Made by a program: the position numbers and the translations under genes. Below, in pieces: positions 40,338 to 56,352 of a stretch of 64,000 nucleotides of DNA. Every line of letters starts with the position of its first letter. Position 1 is the stretch's first letter. The stretch is from an uncultured Gammaproteobacteria bacterium (lineage in GTDB: Bacteria; Pseudomonadota; Gammaproteobacteria; CAWCPV01), in assembly GCA_963797555.1 (NCBI GenBank), contig CAWCPV010000009.1:256001-320000 (forward strand), written 5' to 3'. The notes under the pieces were generated by a model. That model was not told the origin of the DNA. It saw nothing but the letters and a program-made list of their open reading frames with translations, and made no database searches.

Positions 40338-41693
40338 ATGAGTCTCACGATCGATAAGAAAGGTGCGCGGCCGCTGCTGGGCCTGCTGATGTGGGCGATG
40401 CCCGTGCTCGCCATGGCCGCGGACGCACCGAAGCTCGATAGCGGCGACACGGCTTGGATGTTGACGTCCATGGCACTGGTGCTGATGATGACGGTCCCCG
40501 GGCTGGCGCTGTTCTATGCCGGAATGGTACGGGCCAAGAACGCACTTTCGGTAATGATGCAGTGTTTCGCCATCACCTGCCTGGTGACCATACTCTGGGC
40601 GCTGTATGGTTACAGCCTGGCCTTCTACGGCGGTGTGGACGCCACGGCGCCGTTGAGCAATCTGCACAACTGGATAGGCGATCTGTCGCACGCATTCATG
40701 AGCGGAGTGACCCTGGATCCCAAGACCCCCTCCGTGTTTTCCGGTGCCCCGACGATCCCGGAAACCGTGTATTCGATGTTTCAATTGACTTTCGCGATCA
40801 TCACCCCGGCACTCATCGTGGGTGCGTTCGCCGAGCGTATGAAGTTCTCGGCGATGCTCTGGTTCATGGGGCTTTGGCTGACGCTGGTCTATGCCCCCAT
40901 CGCCCACTGGGTATGGGGCGGCGGCTGGGCCGGCAACCTGGGAGTCAAAGACTTCGCCGGCGGCACTGTGGTGCACATCAACGCGGGGATCGCCGGCCTG
41001 GTGGCGGCGCTGGTGTTGGGCAAGCGCAAGGGTTATCCGACTACCCCCATGCCTCCGCATAACCTGCTGTTCACGGTGACCGGTGCATCCCTGCTGTGGG
41101 TGGGGTGGTTCGGATTCAACGCGGGCAGCGCGGTGGCCGCCAACGGGACCGCCGGGATGGCGATGGCCGTGACCCAGATTGCCACCGCTGCGGCGGCGCT
41201 CGCGTGGATGTTCAGCGAATGGATATCCCACGGCAAGCCCAGCGCGCTCGGAATTGCGTCCGGCGCCGTCGCCGGCCTCGTGGCGATCACCCCGGCCTCG
41301 GGTTTCGTCGGTCCAATGGGCGCCATCGTGATCGGCGTCGCGGCGGGAGTGGGCTGTTATATCGCGTCGGCCAAGGTGAAGCGCCTCCTGGGCTACGACG
41401 ACTCGCTGGACGCTTTCGGCGTACATGCCATCGGCGGCATCATCGGGGCCTTGCTTACCGGGGTCTTCATCGACGCGGCGCTGGGCGGTGCTGGACTGGA
41501 CAAGGACGTGACCATGGCCGCTCAGCTCACAAAACAAGCCATAGGCGTGATGTCCACTATCGTCTACGATGGGGTAGTGAGTTTCGTGATCCTCAAGGTG
41601 TTGGATATGCTCATCGGCCTGCGGGTCACCGAGGAGCAAGAGACGGAGGGTCTCGATGTCGCCCTCCACGACGAGCGCGGTTACGTTCTCTAA
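40338..41693 (+). CDS. amtB: Ammonium transporter
   Basis: DTAWML, PGLALFYAG, DFAGGTVVH, WFGFNAGS, DAFGVH. Confidence 0.97.
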   Translation: MSLTIDKKGARPLLGLLMWAMPVLAMAADAPKLDSGDTAWMLTSMALVLMMTVPGLALFYAGMVRAKNALSVMMQCFAITCLVTILWALYGYSLAFYGGVDATAPLSNLHNWIGDLSHAFMSGVTLDPKTPSVFSGAPTIPETVYSMFQLTFAIITPALIVGAFAERMKFSAMLWFMGLWLTLVYAPIAHWVWGGGWAGNLGVKDFAGGTVVHINAGIAGLVAALVLGKRKGYPTTPMPPHNLLFTVTGASLLWVGWFGFNAGSAVAANGTAGMAMAVTQIATAAAALAWMFSEWISHGKPSALGIASGAVAGLVAITPASGFVGPMGAIVIGVAAGVGCYIASAKVKRLLGYDDSLDAFGVHAIGGIIGALLTGVFIDAALGGAGLDKDVTMAAQLTKQAIGVMSTIVYDGVVSFVILKVLDMLIGLRVTEEQETEGLDVALHDERGYVL

Positions 41694-41743
41694 ATTCAAA
41701 AACACCAGTTGAAAGAAAGGCTACCCCCTAATCGGGGGACTCG

Positions 41744-41772
41744 GCGGGCGCGCACTGCGCCCGCTTTTTTTT
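41744..41772 (+). terminator. Rho-independent terminator after amtB
   Basis: GCGGGCGC-GCACT-GCGCCCGC followed by T8. Confidence 0.85.
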
Positions 41773-42036
41773 GCGGGGGTCTCGTAGCCACTTTGGCAGA
41801 AGAGGGGTCTGCCTTTCGAGCCCGCTCTCGGAATGAGATTTGCGTTCGCCCGACGCGAGCGAAGTCCAGGGTACGCCGGCTGCTTGGAGTGCTCCGCTCC
41901 GCCGCAAGATGCGTGGCGCCCGGAGTAGCCTGGCCCGTCAGCAGCGGCGTTCCGGGTCCGGCCTGGGGTACTCTGCTTCTGGGTGGCGAGCGCTTGTGAC
42001 ATAATCGCCGTCGCGGGCAAGACTCCGCACGGTTAG

Positions 42037-42693
42037 ATGACCTTGACGACGGTGCCGCAGCTCACGATGGCGCCCCGACTGCGGGTGGTCGAACTTGTGA
42101 CTCGGAAGCTGGGGCCGTTGTCGCTGCATCTCGCGGCGGGAGAGTGTGCGGCCTTGGCCGGCCCCTCTGGCGCTGGCAAGACCCTATTGCTGCGGGCCAT
42201 CGCGGACTTGGATCCGCATCGCGGAGAGGTGTACCTCGACGGGCGGGAGGCCTCCCAGGTGTCACCCGAGAAGTGGCGAAGGGCCGTCGGCATGTTGCCC
42301 GCCGAAAGCGTCTGGTGGTACGACGTGGTGGGAGCACATTTTCCAACCGCGTCCCCGTCCTCGCTCAAGGTGCTCGGGTTCGATGACGATGTCTTGGGGT
42401 GGACCGTCCGCCGGCTATCCACCGGTGAACGTGCGCGCCTGGCTCTGGCCCGTCTGCTTTGCAACCGGCCCGACGTGCTGCTGCTGGATGAGCCCACTGC
42501 GAGTTTGGACCCTGTCAGCACACAGCGGGTAGAGGCGGTGCTCGCTGCGTACCGGTCCGGGCAGAAGGCAGCGCTCTTGTGGGTGAGCCATGACCCAGGA
42601 CAGGTGGAACGCGTGGCCGGGCGCTGCTGGCGTCTCGACGGGGGTAAACTGCTCGATCAGGGGGAAACCCGACCGGTGTTGGTGGCTTCGTGA
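42037..42693 (+). CDS. ABC ATP-binding protein (FetA-like)
   Basis: GPSGAGKT, LSTGE, LLLDEP, VSHD. Confidence 0.88.
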   Translation: MTLTTVPQLTMAPRLRVVELVTRKLGPLSLHLAAGECAALAGPSGAGKTLLLRAIADLDPHRGEVYLDGREASQVSPEKWRRAVGMLPAESVWWYDVVGAHFPTASPSSLKVLGFDDDVLGWTVRRLSTGERARLALARLLCNRPDVLLLDEPTASLDPVSTQRVEAVLAAYRSGQKAALLWVSHDPGQVERVAGRCWRLDGGKLLDQGETRPVLVAS

Positions 42694-42736
42694 GGGCTGC
42701 CGGCCGAAGCAATGGCGCCGACGGGCCGGACGTGTT

Positions 42737-43534
42737 TTGCACACTACCGTCCTGACGCCCCTGGATCTCACGCTGGCGGCCGGCCTCGTGCTCGCGCTCG
42801 CCGCCCTGTCCGTGCGTCTGCGCCTGGGCCTGACCCGGTCCCTGCTTGTCGCTAGCTTGCGCACGACGGTGCAGCTCCTGTTGACCGGACTGGTGCTCAA
42901 GGCGCTATTCGCTCATGTGCACCTGGCGTGGATGGCGCTGGTCGCAATGGTGATGCTGCTCGCGGCGGGACGGGAGGTGGTCGCGCGGCAGGCACGGGGT
43001 TTCCAGGGGCTCTGGGGTTTTGCCGTGGGGACCACGGCCATGTTCATTTCTTCTTTCGCGGTGACGGTGCTGGCCCTGACCGTCATCGTCCATGCCCGAC
43101 CTTGGTATACCCCGCAGTACGCGATCCCGTTGCTCGGCATGCTGCTCGGCAACGCCATGAACGGTATTGCGCTGGCCGTTGACCGATTGACCCAGTCGGT
43201 CTGGAGCGAGCGCTCGATCATCGAGGGGCGGCTCTTGCTCGGACAGCGTTGGGAGGAGGCCATCGGGGACATACGGCGCGACAGCCTCCGATCCGGCCTG
43301 ATCCCCATCGTCAACGCCATGGCAGCCGCAGGCATCGTCAGTCTGCCGGGCATGATGACGGGACAGATCCTGGCTGGTGCACAGCCGGTCGAGGCGGTGA
43401 AGTACCAGATCTTGATCATGTTCCTGATCGCGGGCGGCACGGGTTTCGGCACGTTCGCGGCGGTCTGGCTGGGATCGGCGCGCCTGTTCGACGAGCGCCA
43501 GCGGCTGCGTCTGGAGCGCTTGCGCACCGGCTGA
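42737..43534 (+). CDS. ABC permease UPF0014 (FetB-like)
   Basis: RTTVQLL, IPLLGMLLGNAM, GIVSLPGMMTGQILAG, AVKYQI. Confidence 0.9.
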   Translation: MHTTVLTPLDLTLAAGLVLALAALSVRLRLGLTRSLLVASLRTTVQLLLTGLVLKALFAHVHLAWMALVAMVMLLAAGREVVARQARGFQGLWGFAVGTTAMFISSFAVTVLALTVIVHARPWYTPQYAIPLLGMLLGNAMNGIALAVDRLTQSVWSERSIIEGRLLLGQRWEEAIGDIRRDSLRSGLIPIVNAMAAAGIVSLPGMMTGQILAGAQPVEAVKYQILIMFLIAGGTGFGTFAAVWLGSARLFDERQRLRLERLRTG

Positions 43535-43575
43535 ACCCAGCTCGACGCCGAGTCTGGTGGCAGACGACGCGCCGC

Positions 43576-44434
43576 TCAGGACGACACCAGCGCCTGACAG
43601 AGGAACTCAGGTGCGGCCATTGCCGCGCGGTGCACCGCGGCGTTGTAGTAGCGGGTCGGGAAAGTCTTGTCGGCGGCCGCTGATTCGCGGAAGCCCGAGA
43701 GCACGCGGTCTTTCCCCGCCAGGGTGGCGCTCCACCACCCCGACGGGTAGGAGCACTGGGGGAAATGCAGAAGCCGGAACGTCCAGAAAGCCCGCATGGC
43801 GCATCCCGTCATGCATGGACTTGATGAAGTTGGTGTGAAACAATGGGGACTCGCTCTGTTGAGCGAATATTCCGCCCGGCTTGAGCGTGCGCAGGCAATC
43901 CCGGTAGAACGTTTCGGAGAACAGCCCGGTTGCGGGCCCGACTGGATCGGTGCTGTCCACTAGGATCAAGTCATACTGCTCGGCGGGCGTTTCGGCGACC
44001 CAACGGATGCCGTCGCTGAAATGAAGTTCAGCGCGGGGGTTTTCGTTCGATTCGCACAGTTCCGGGAAGTATTGCTCGGCCAAGCGGGTGACCCGTTCGT
44101 CGATCTCGACTTGGACCACGCGGCGCACGGTTTCGTGTTTGATCACTTCCCGCAAGGTGCCGCAATCGCCACCCCCGATGATGAGCACGTGCTCGGGGCG
44201 AGGGTGCGTGAACAAGGCAGGATGCGACATCATCTCGTGGTAGATGAAGTTGTCGCGGTCCGTCAGCATCACTGCGCCGTCGATGAGCATCGCGGTCCCG
44301 AAGCTCTCGGTCTCGTAGATGCGGATACGCTGGTAAGCGGTCTGCTCCTCATGGAGCAACGTCCCGAGCTTCATGGAGAAGGCCGAGCCAGAGTCCTCGC
44401 AGATCTCCGTCAGCCACCGGTCATCCAGCACCAT
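43576..44434 (-). CDS. speE: Spermidine synthase, frameshifted near 43776
   Basis: YHEMMSH, IIGGGDCGTLRE, DSTDPVGP. C-terminus FPQCSYPSGWWS...TRYYN is in the next frame. Confidence 0.93.
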
Positions 44435-44518
44435 GGTGCCCACCTGCACGTGGCGGAAACCCGAAAGATAAATGAAAAGGGCGGCCTTGGGTAGGGTCGC
44501 CACCCGCTTTCCGTTACG

Positions 44519-48306
<3,788 letters not shown>

Positions 48307-48320
<14 letters not shown>

Positions 48321-49410
48321 GCGGGTTATGGCTGCCACCGACCTGCTGAGGAAACTGGACCTCTCTCCCTTCCTGCGATGGTGGGCTGCAGAGTTGGCCG
48401 CGGCGCTGCCGCCCCGCGCGCAGCGGTTGATTCGGGGGCAGCCGCAACGCTTGGTTCTGGAAGTGGAAGGGGAGCATGTGGCGGTGATCTGCCACCGCAG
48501 CGACGTGCCCCAGGACCTGGGGCACTTCCCGCTCGGCGATCTCGCCGAAGAGCAGATCGCGAAGCTTCGCGAACAGTTGGATGTGGACGCGACCCGCTGT
48601 CCGGCGCTGACGGTGCGCCTGCCTGCGGAGCTTGCCCTGCAGAAAGTGGTCGCACTGCCGCTCGCTGCCGAGGAGAATCTCCGGCAGGTGCTGACTTTCG
48701 AGATGGACCGGCAGACTCCCTTCAAGGCCGATCAGGTGTACTTCGACTACGAAGTGCTGGCGCGCGACTCAGCGGCCCGGCGCTTGCGCGTGCGGTTGAC
48801 GACGGTGCCGAGGAGGGCAATGGACGCCGTGCTAGGGAAGCTCGAGGTGTTGGGGATGCAGCCGGATCGCGTAGAGGTCGTCGGAACCGCCGCGGTCAAT
48901 TTGCTGCCCCCAGAGCGGCGCCAGGCACGAGGCCATGGCAGCCGGCGGCTCCATCTGGCCCTCGGTGCGGTGGCCGTGCTGCTGGTGCTAGCGGCTGTAG
49001 CCATACCCCTGTGGCAGCAGTGGGGGCAGGTGCTCACGCTGCGACCTCAAGTGGCGAGTGCGCAGCGCGAGGCGGAGCAGGTCCTGTCCTTACGGGACTC
49101 CCTGGACCGCGCTATCAAGGAATCCCGGCTGGTGCTCGACAAGCGGCGCCAGACACCCCTGCTGGTGGACGTTCTGAACCAGCTTACCCATCTCCTTCCC
49201 GATGGAACTTGGCTCTCGTCGTTCGAGCTGAAAGGCAACGATCTGCGTATCCAGGGCGAATCGACCGGTGCCTCGGCCCTGGTCGGCGTACTCGAGGCGT
49301 CCCCGCGGTTCTCGCAGGTACGCTTCAGCTCACCGGTGACCCAGAACCCGGCCACCGGGCGGGAGCGTTTTCAGCTCTCGGCCACAGTGGATCCGTACCC
49401 GAAGCAATGA
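48307..49410 (+). CDS. gspL: T2SS GspL/PilN-domain protein
   Basis: FLRWWAAEL, LPLAAEENL, FEMDRQTPF, VNLLP, LPDGTWL. Confidence 0.85.
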
Positions 49411-49988
49411 AGCTGCAGCTCAGTCCATGGACGAGCCGTGCGGCCGCGCTGGGACTCCTGGCCCTGGTGTTGGCGGCGATTTACGGCCTGCTCCTGGGGC
49501 CCCTGATCGGCCGTCACGAGACCTACCAGGTGACCATCCACGACTTGGAGGAGCGCCTGGCCCGCTACCGGAGCGTCGAGGCAGACAGGCGGGCGGTGCA
49601 GGCCAGGTTCGACGCCCTGCGCCGACGCAGGCGCGGTGTCGAGGTCTATCTGAAGGCCGCGACGTTGACGCTGGCTGGCGCGGAGCTGCAGGAGCGCACC
49701 AAACGGGTGGTGGAATCGAGCGGCGGAACCCTCGTCAGCACTCAAACTCTGCCCGAGCGTACGGAAGGGGGGCTGGTGCAAGTGTCGATCAAGGTGCGCA
49801 TGAACGGCGATGTCGGCTCCTTGCAGAAGGTCTTCTACGAGCTAGAGTCTGGCCAGCCGGTGCTGTTTCTGGACAATGTGTTCATACGCTCGCGCATGGT
49901 GCGGCGCGGCCGTGGCATTAGCACTGCGTCGGAGCTGGACATCAACTTCGATATCGTCGGGTATATGCCCGCGGGGACGCCGGCATGA
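49407..49988 (+). CDS. gspM: T2SS GspM
   Basis: N-terminal TM, coiled coil, LAGAELQ, YELESGQPVLFLDN. ATGA coupling. Confidence 0.82.
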   Translation: MKLQLSPWTSRAAALGLLALVLAAIYGLLLGPLIGRHETYQVTIHDLEERLARYRSVEADRRAVQARFDALRRRRRGVEVYLKAATLTLAGAELQERTKRVVESSGGTLVSTQTLPERTEGGLVQVSIKVRMNGDVGSLQKVFYELESGQPVLFLDNVFIRSRMVRRGRGISTASELDINFDIVGYMPAGTPA

Positions 49989-50605
49989 TGCTTTCCGGTC
50001 CCGGCTCGCGCCTGACACTGGTGTTGGCGGGAGTTTGCGCAACTTTGTCGGTGCTGGTCGGCTGGGAGCTGATGACCCCCCGGCGCTCGACTGCCGCGAC
50101 GACGGTCCCTGCGCACCCGGGAGGTGTTTCCCTCCCGGAAATCCCGAGCTGGGACTATCGGGTGCCGCCGGCCGCCAAGTTCAATGAGAGCGTGGAGCGA
50201 CCCCTGTTCATTGTGGAGCGAAGGCCGCCCGAGCCCGAAAAAGAGGGGGGCACGGTGACAGCGGCAGCGAGCGCAGTTGAGAAGCCGCAAGCGCGGCTCT
50301 TGGGGGTGGTCATCACCCCCCAGAAGCGTCAGGCCTTATTGCAGGAAAATGGAAGTGATAACGTATTGTACCTTGAGCCCGGGATGACACTGCAGGACTG
50401 GGAGATCAAGAGCATAGAGCCGGATCGGGTCGTGTTGACGGCGGGGCGGGAGACGGAAGCCCTGGAACTGCGCACCTTCGAGCAGCCTTCTGGGACAGCC
50501 GCCGCGCCGCTGCGTCGCGCCGGCGCTTCGGCACCGTCGCCGAGTCTGTACAGACGCGACCTATGGCGCCCGAAGCGAGGCCAGGGATTACCGAAGGAGC
50601 ATTAG
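49985..50605 (+). CDS. T2SS GspN/GspC-like protein
   Basis: TM segment, VERPLF...ERRP, LLGVVITP, GMTLQDWEIKSIEPDRV. Confidence 0.7.
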   Translation: MMLSGPGSRLTLVLAGVCATLSVLVGWELMTPRRSTAATTVPAHPGGVSLPEIPSWDYRVPPAAKFNESVERPLFIVERRPPEPEKEGGTVTAAASAVEKPQARLLGVVITPQKRQALLQENGSDNVLYLEPGMTLQDWEIKSIEPDRVVLTAGRETEALELRTFEQPSGTAAAPLRRAGASAPSPSLYRRDLWRPKRGQGLPKEH

Positions 50606-50690
50606 CCGGCGCGACGCCCGCAGCGCCCACCAGGGCGGGCACGGATACAGCCGTGAGGATCGTACATTGCGAGGCAAAGGGATAGATGAC

Positions 50691-52966
50691 GTGCCCGTTC
50701 GGTTGGGGGTAGTGATCCGGGCAGCCGTGTTTCTGGGAATCGGAGCGTTGCTCGCCGCCTGCGCCCATGCTCCCGAGACTCCGGCTGTCGAGGGAGTGTC
50801 GCGGCCTACCGGCGCAGCCGTGGGTGCGCTGCCGCCTAAGGGCGGCGCGGGCGCCACGGCGGGAATGACATTGCCTTCGGAGAAGGCGGCCCGGAAGACG
50901 GAGAAGCCGCGCGTTTATCAAGGCAGCGGCGTGTTCGTCAAGGCGCCTGCCCAAGGAGGCCGGTGCGCCCCCCGGGCCAGGCGAAGTCACGCTGAACTTC
51001 GAGAATGCCGATCTCAGGGAGGTCGTGAAGGTCATCCTGGGAGACATGCTGAATCAGAACTATGTCCTCGATCCGCGAGTGAAGGGAGCAGTCACCGTCC
51101 AGACGAGCCAGCCCCTCGCCCGCGATGACCTGCTGCCCACCTTGGACACCTTGCTGCGCATGAACGGAGCAGCGCTGGTGCGCAGCGGCACCGGCTACCA
51201 GGTGGTTCCTTTGGCGGGCGCGTTGCAGGGAACGGTGACCCCGCAGCTTGCCTTGACGCCCCTGCGGCCCGGATATGGCGTGGTCGTGGTGCCTCTGAAG
51301 TACGTCGGGGTGGACGAGATGCAGAAACTGCTGGAGCCGTTCGCACCGGCCGGGAGCATCGTGCGGGCGGACGAGATGCGCAACCTTCTGGTGCTGGCCG
51401 GGACCCGGCAGGAGCTGACGCACTTGGTCGAGACCATCGGGGTCTTCGATGTCGACTCGCTGGCGGGGATGTCGGTAGGACTGTTCCCGCTCAAGAGCGT
51501 GGAGGCCAAGACCGTCTCCGAGGAGATCGACAAGCTGCTGGGTGCTAAGGGCGCCGCACCGCTCGCCGGGATGGTGCGGGTGATGCCCATCGAGCGTCTG
51601 AATGCGCTGCTCGTGGTGACGCAGCAGCCCAAGTATCTGGATGAGGTCCGCACCTGGATCGAGCGGCTGGACCGCACCAGCGAGGAGGCGGGCAAGCAGC
51701 TTTACGTCTATCAAGTGCAGAATGCCAAGGCCGAGCACCTTGCGGAGGTCTTGGGCGACCTGTTTGGGGGGCAGAAGGCGAAGCCCGCCGCACCGCGGCC
51801 GCCCCAGGTCGCCCCCGGTCTGACGGGGGCGCAGCTCAGCTCCGGGTCGGCATATATGGAGATGGCGGAACAAGCGACGACGGGGACTCTGGGGACCACC
51901 GGGACCATGGGGACCACCGGGACCTTAGGGAGTACGCAGGGGCCTTCCTTTGGGGCTAGCCGTGGCGGCCAGGCGGGAAAGGGGGGCGGGGCAGGGGGGG
52001 TGACGGCGACACAGGCCGGCGAGGTCAGCATCATCGCCGATGCGGAAAACAACTCCCTGCTGATCCTGGCGACTGCGGCCGAATACGAAAAGATCGAGGC
52101 GGCGCTGCGCAAGCTGGACATCGTGCCGCGCCAGGTGCTGGTGGAGGCGACCATCGCCGAAGTCACGCTGAGCGGGGACCTGCAGTACGGCTTGCAATGG
52201 TTCTTCGACAATAACGTGGGGGCCTACAAGGGTACCGGGGCGCTCGATGTCACCAACGGCCTGAAGTTAGCCGACGTGCTGAAGGGTGCGGGCTCAGGCT
52301 TCACCTATGCGCTGACCGATGCCAGCGGGTTCGTCAGGCTGTTCCTGAAAATGCTCGCCGATGAGTCGAGGATCAAGGTACTGTCTTCCCCCCAGCTCAT
52401 GGTCACCGACAACCAGACCGCCCAGATACGCGTGGGTGACCAGGTGCCCGTGAACACCGGGGAAACCACTGGCACTGCCGGGACCACCACGAGTTTCCAG
52501 TACCGAGACACCGGCGTGCTGCTCCAAGTCACCCCACGGGTCAACGCGGGCGGGCTGGTCAGCATGGAGGTCAGTCAGGAGGTGAGCATTCCCGGCCCCT
52601 CGAGTGGTAACGCCGGGGGGAACCCCACCATCTCGCAACGCAGCATTCAGAGCAGCGTGGTCGTGCAGAGCGGCGACACCCTGGTGCTGGGCGGCCTCAT
52701 CCGGGACGAGAACACCACGCTGAAGCAACGGGGTGCCGGGGCTCTACAAAATGCCGATCATCGGCCCGGTGTTCGGTACCACCATCCATAACAAGATCCG
52801 GACCGAGCTGGTCGTGCTCATCACCCCGCGGGTAGTGCGGGACCAGCGGGAGGCCCAGGAGGTCACCGAAGAGATCAAGCGCAAGCTCCAGGAAGTGATT
52901 CCTCCCTCGCAGGAGCACCCCTGGAAGGTCCGAGACGCGGCGGCGAACCACTCCGGGGCGAGCTGA
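50691..52966 (+). CDS. gspD: T2SS secretin GspD (lipoprotein), two frameshifts near 50955 and 52725
   Basis: Lipobox LAAC, VTLNFENADLREV, PRQVLVEATIAEV, YRDTGVLLQVTPRV, GVPGLYKMP...RTELVVLITPRVV. Confidence 0.92.
51883..51936 (+). repeat. 9-bp tandem repeat (6 units, Gly-Thr-X) in the gspD spacer
   Basis: GGGACTCTG GGGACCACC GGGACCATG GGGACCACC GGGACCTTA GGGAGTACG. Confidence 0.8.
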
Positions 52967-53075
52967 CGCGCGAGCGGGCGAAACCTTGTCCGCCCGGCCG
53001 TGGTCTCATCCACGGACCACTCGCCGCGTCCGAGCGGTAGCCCGGTCTGATCACGCTGTGCGCCCAGCGTTCTGA

Positions 53076-53291
53076 GAGCTTGTGAATAAATCTGCTGCGC
53101 GTCCCGGTAGCGGCGTTGTGCGGTGTTCATGGCGTACCTCCTGTACGCCACCCCTTCGGGGCGTCCCGCGGACGTGCCGAATGGCTGTCCTGCCATTCGG
53201 TCGCTCCTCGCCTATCTACTGGATATGTCTCGTCGCTGCGCTCCGTATGCCTTGCTCTCGGGCCGCTCGCGACGGATTTCTTCACAAGCTC
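53076..53291. mobile_element. MITE copy 3
   Basis: Near-identical to 25008-25222. TGA flanks at 53073-75 and 53292-94. Confidence 0.87.
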
Positions 53292-53327
53292 TGAGTCGAC
53301 CCGTGCGCAAGCTCGGTCACTGATCCC

Positions 53328-55469
53328 ATGTTAACGCCCGCTGCATCCGTCACTCCCGCTCGGCCTTTCACGGCTGAGGAAATGGAGGAGCGCTTGGAGG
53401 TGTTCCTCGACGCGGTGCTCTCTTCGCGGCGCACCGCGGCAGGACCGGCCGGGAAGCTGGCCCGCTTCGACCGCCCCCGCCAAGAGCTTGTGCTGAAGTG
53501 GGTCGAGATCGTCGGCCGCAGCAACGCCGAGGTTGCTTACCAGTTCGCCGATCACGTCGCTCATGCCTTCTCCTCGATGAACGAGCAGGCCATCGAGGCA
53601 TGGGTGGTCCACGCCATGGATGTTTACGACACTCAGGGCTTGCACCCGGCCGTGGCCGTGCTGCGTGACGCGGAGATCTTCGCCCAGCGGGTGCAGCAGC
53701 AGGCCCGCGGGCTCGCCTTCGGGGAAATTGCCGGCGTCCTCTCGCTGTTCTTGCGCGGACTGAGCGGTCGGGAGCTGAAGCTGGATGCCTCGGACGAGGT
53801 CTACACGGACACCGAGACCGTGTTTCTGCCGCCGCTCCTGTGCCGCTTCGCGGAGCGCGAGGAGAATTTCGCCCTGTACCGCGCCATGGCCGTCCACCTC
53901 TGGGCGCAGACCTGGTTCGGGACGTTCCGCCCCGGAATCATCGAGGGTCTGTCGGCGTTCAGCGACCCAGAGCGGGCGGCGCGCCTGTTCCACGCTCTGG
54001 AGACCATGCGCCTCGATGCCTGCCTGGAGCGGGAGCTGCCCGGCGTACACCGCGGCATGGCCCGACTGCGGGCGAGCCTCAGCGAGCCGGCCGTCCCCCC
54101 GGGCCTCGAGCGGTTCGAGCCCCGACTGCGGGAGCCTTCCGCCACAGCGCAGATCAGCCTGGAGATGGTGGCGGACGCCTACCGCATCGCGCTGCCCCCC
54201 TCCTTGTCCTACCAGGGGCGGCTGTTGCCGGACCGGGTTGCCGCCGCCCTGAGAGCGCGCGCGGAACGCGACCAGGGGCTCTTCCAGTCCGCGCTGGCGC
54301 GCCTCGCCGCGGAGAAGGACGGCAGGGTCGACCCCACGCAGCTCGCACGGGCGGGCCGCTTCAGCGTGGAGATGCGGCCGGACGAGGAGCGGCCCGACGG
54401 CATCACCATCGATTCCCGGTTGGACGGCCGGCCGGTCGCGCCGCCGGAGGAACTCCGCTCCCTGGTGTCCTCCATACTGCAGGACTTCGGCGAGATTCCC
54501 GACGAGTATTTGGTGCCTGCCGGTGACGGTGGCTACCGGCCGGCGCGGGCGGGGAGCGAGCGTGCCGAGGACGTGTGGAAGGGTACTTACCACGAGGAGG
54601 GAGCGTTTCTATACAACGAGTGGGACTTCAAGCGCGGCCACTACCGGAAGAACTGGTGCGTGCTGCGCGAGCTGGACGTGCATCCACAGCAGGACGACTT
54701 CGTGTCGCGCACTCTCGAGAAGCATCGCGGGCTGGTCAAGCAACTGCGCAAGAGCTTCGAGGCCCTGCGCGGCGAGGACAAGATGCTGAAGCGCCAGTCC
54801 AACGGCGACGACATCGACATCGATGCCCTGGTGGAAGCTTATGCCGACGTGAGGAGCGGCATGGAGCTTACGGACCGCCTGTTCGTGAAGCGCCACAAAC
54901 TGGACCGGGACATCGCCGTGATGTTCATGGTGGACATGAGCGGCTCCACCAAGGGCTGGATCAACGATGCGGAACGCGAGTCGCTGGTTCTGCTGTGCGA
55001 GGCCCTGGAGAACTTGGGCGACCGTTATGCCATCTACGGCTTTTCCGGCATCACGCGCAAGCGCTGCGAGCTCTACCGCATCAAGCGCTTCAAAGAGCCA
55101 TACAGTGATGCGGTGAAGCACCGCATTGGGGGCATGACGCCGCAGGATTATACCCGCATGGGAGTGGTCATCCGCCATCTGAGCCGGCTGCTGAGCGAGG
55201 TGGACGCCAAGATCCGGCTGCTCGTAACGTTATCCGACGGCAAGCCCGACGACTACGACGGCTACCGGGGCGACTACGGCATCGAGGACACGCGCCAGGC
55301 CCTCATCGAGGCCAAGCAGCAGGGCATCCATCCCTTCTGCATCACCATCGACAAGGAAGGTCGGGAGTACCTTCCGCACATGTACGGGGCGGTCAACTAC
55401 GCCCTCGTCGACGAGGTCGGCAAGCTGCCCGTCAAGGTGGGCGACATCTACCGCCGCCTGACTCGTTGA
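53328..55469 (+). CDS. CbbO/NorD-type von Willebrand factor A protein
   Basis: YNEWDF...[39 protein letters not shown]. Confidence 0.88.
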   Translation: MLTPAASVTPARPFTAEEMEERLEVFLDAVLSSRRTAAGPAGKLARFDRPRQELVLKWVEIVGRSNAEVAYQFADHVAHAFSSMNEQAIEAWVVHAMDVYDTQGLHPAVAVLRDAEIFAQRVQQQARGLAFGEIAGVLSLFLRGLSGRELKLDASDEVYTDTETVFLPPLLCRFAEREENFALYRAMAVHLWAQTWFGTFRPGIIEGLSAFSDPERAARLFHALETMRLDACLERELPGVHRGMARLRASLSEPAVPPGLERFEPRLREPSATAQISLEMVADAYRIALPPSLSYQGRLLPDRVAAALRARAERDQGLFQSALARLAAEKDGRVDPTQLARAGRFSVEMRPDEERPDGITIDSRLDGRPVAPPEELRSLVSSILQDFGEIPDEYLVPAGDGGYRPARAGSERAEDVWKGTYHEEGAFLYNEWDFKRGHYRKNWCVLRELDVHPQQDDFVSRTLEKHRGLVKQLRKSFEALRGEDKMLKRQSNGDDIDIDALVEAYADVRSGMELTDRLFVKRHKLDRDIAVMFMVDMSGSTKGWINDAERESLVLLCEALENLGDRYAIYGFSGITRKRCELYRIKRFKEPYSDAVKHRIGGMTPQDYTRMGVVIRHLSRLLSEVDAKIRLLVTLSDGKPDDYDGYRGDYGIEDTRQALIEAKQQGIHPFCITIDKEGREYLPHMYGAVNYALVDEVGKLPVKVGDIYRRLTR

Positions 55470-55605
55470 GGGAGCCGTTCGGACTTTCCCGCCTCATCCT
55501 TTTGTTGCTGCGTCCCTCCATGCGAGAATTAGTGAATTTTTTGGAGCGGAAGGAGTGTGGCGGCGCGCACCGGGTTCGACCACGGAGGCGGGCAGCGAGG
55601 GGCTC

Positions 55606-56352
55606 ATGGCCGGACATAGCAAGTGGGCGAACATCCAGCACCGCAAGGGCGCGCAGGACGCGCGGCGCGGCAAGCTGTTCACCAAGCTGATTCGAGAGAT
55701 CACGGTTGCGGCGCGCAGCGGAGGCGGGGATCCGAGCTTTAATCCGCGCCTGCGTGCCGCCATCGACAAGGCCCTCGGTGCCAACATGCCCAAGGACACC
55801 GTCGAGCGCGCGATCAAGCGAGGAGTGGGAGCTGCGGAGGGAGAGAGCTTCGAGCAGGTCCGCTATGAAGGCTATGGTCCGGGCGGGGTGGCGGTATTGG
55901 TCGACTGCCTCACGGACAATCGCCAGCGCAGCGTCTCGGATGTGCGTCATGCGTTCACGAAGTGCGGAGGCAACCTGGGCACTTCAGGCTCCGTCGCCTA
56001 TCTCTTCACGCGCACCGGAATCTTGAGCTTTGCGGCAGACAGCGACGAGGAGCGGATCATGGAGCTGGCGTTGGAGGCGGGGGCGGATGATGTGGTGACG
56101 AATCCGGACGCCTCTGTGGATGTGCTGGTGGCGCCCGAGTCCTTCGAGGAAATTAAACAGGTGCTCCTGAATGCGGGCCTCGCCCCGGAGCTGGCGGAGA
56201 TCACCATGCGTTCGACGACGGACGTCGCCCTGCGCCTGGAGGATGCGCGCAGGATGGTCAAACTCCTCGACATGCTGGAGGACCTGGACGATGTCCAGAA
56301 CGTTTATAGCAATGCGGATCTTTCCGAGGAGATCCTGGCTCAGATCGCGTGA
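55606..56352 (+). CDS. yebC: YebC/PmpR family protein
   Basis: [32 protein letters not shown]. Confidence 0.96.
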   Translation: MAGHSKWANIQHRKGAQDARRGKLFTKLIREITVAARSGGGDPSFNPRLRAAIDKALGANMPKDTVERAIKRGVGAAEGESFEQVRYEGYGPGGVAVLVDCLTDNRQRSVSDVRHAFTKCGGNLGTSGSVAYLFTRTGILSFAADSDEERIMELALEAGADDVVTNPDASVDVLVAPESFEEIKQVLLNAGLAPELAEITMRSTTDVALRLEDARRMVKLLDMLEDLDDVQNVYSNADLSEEILAQIA

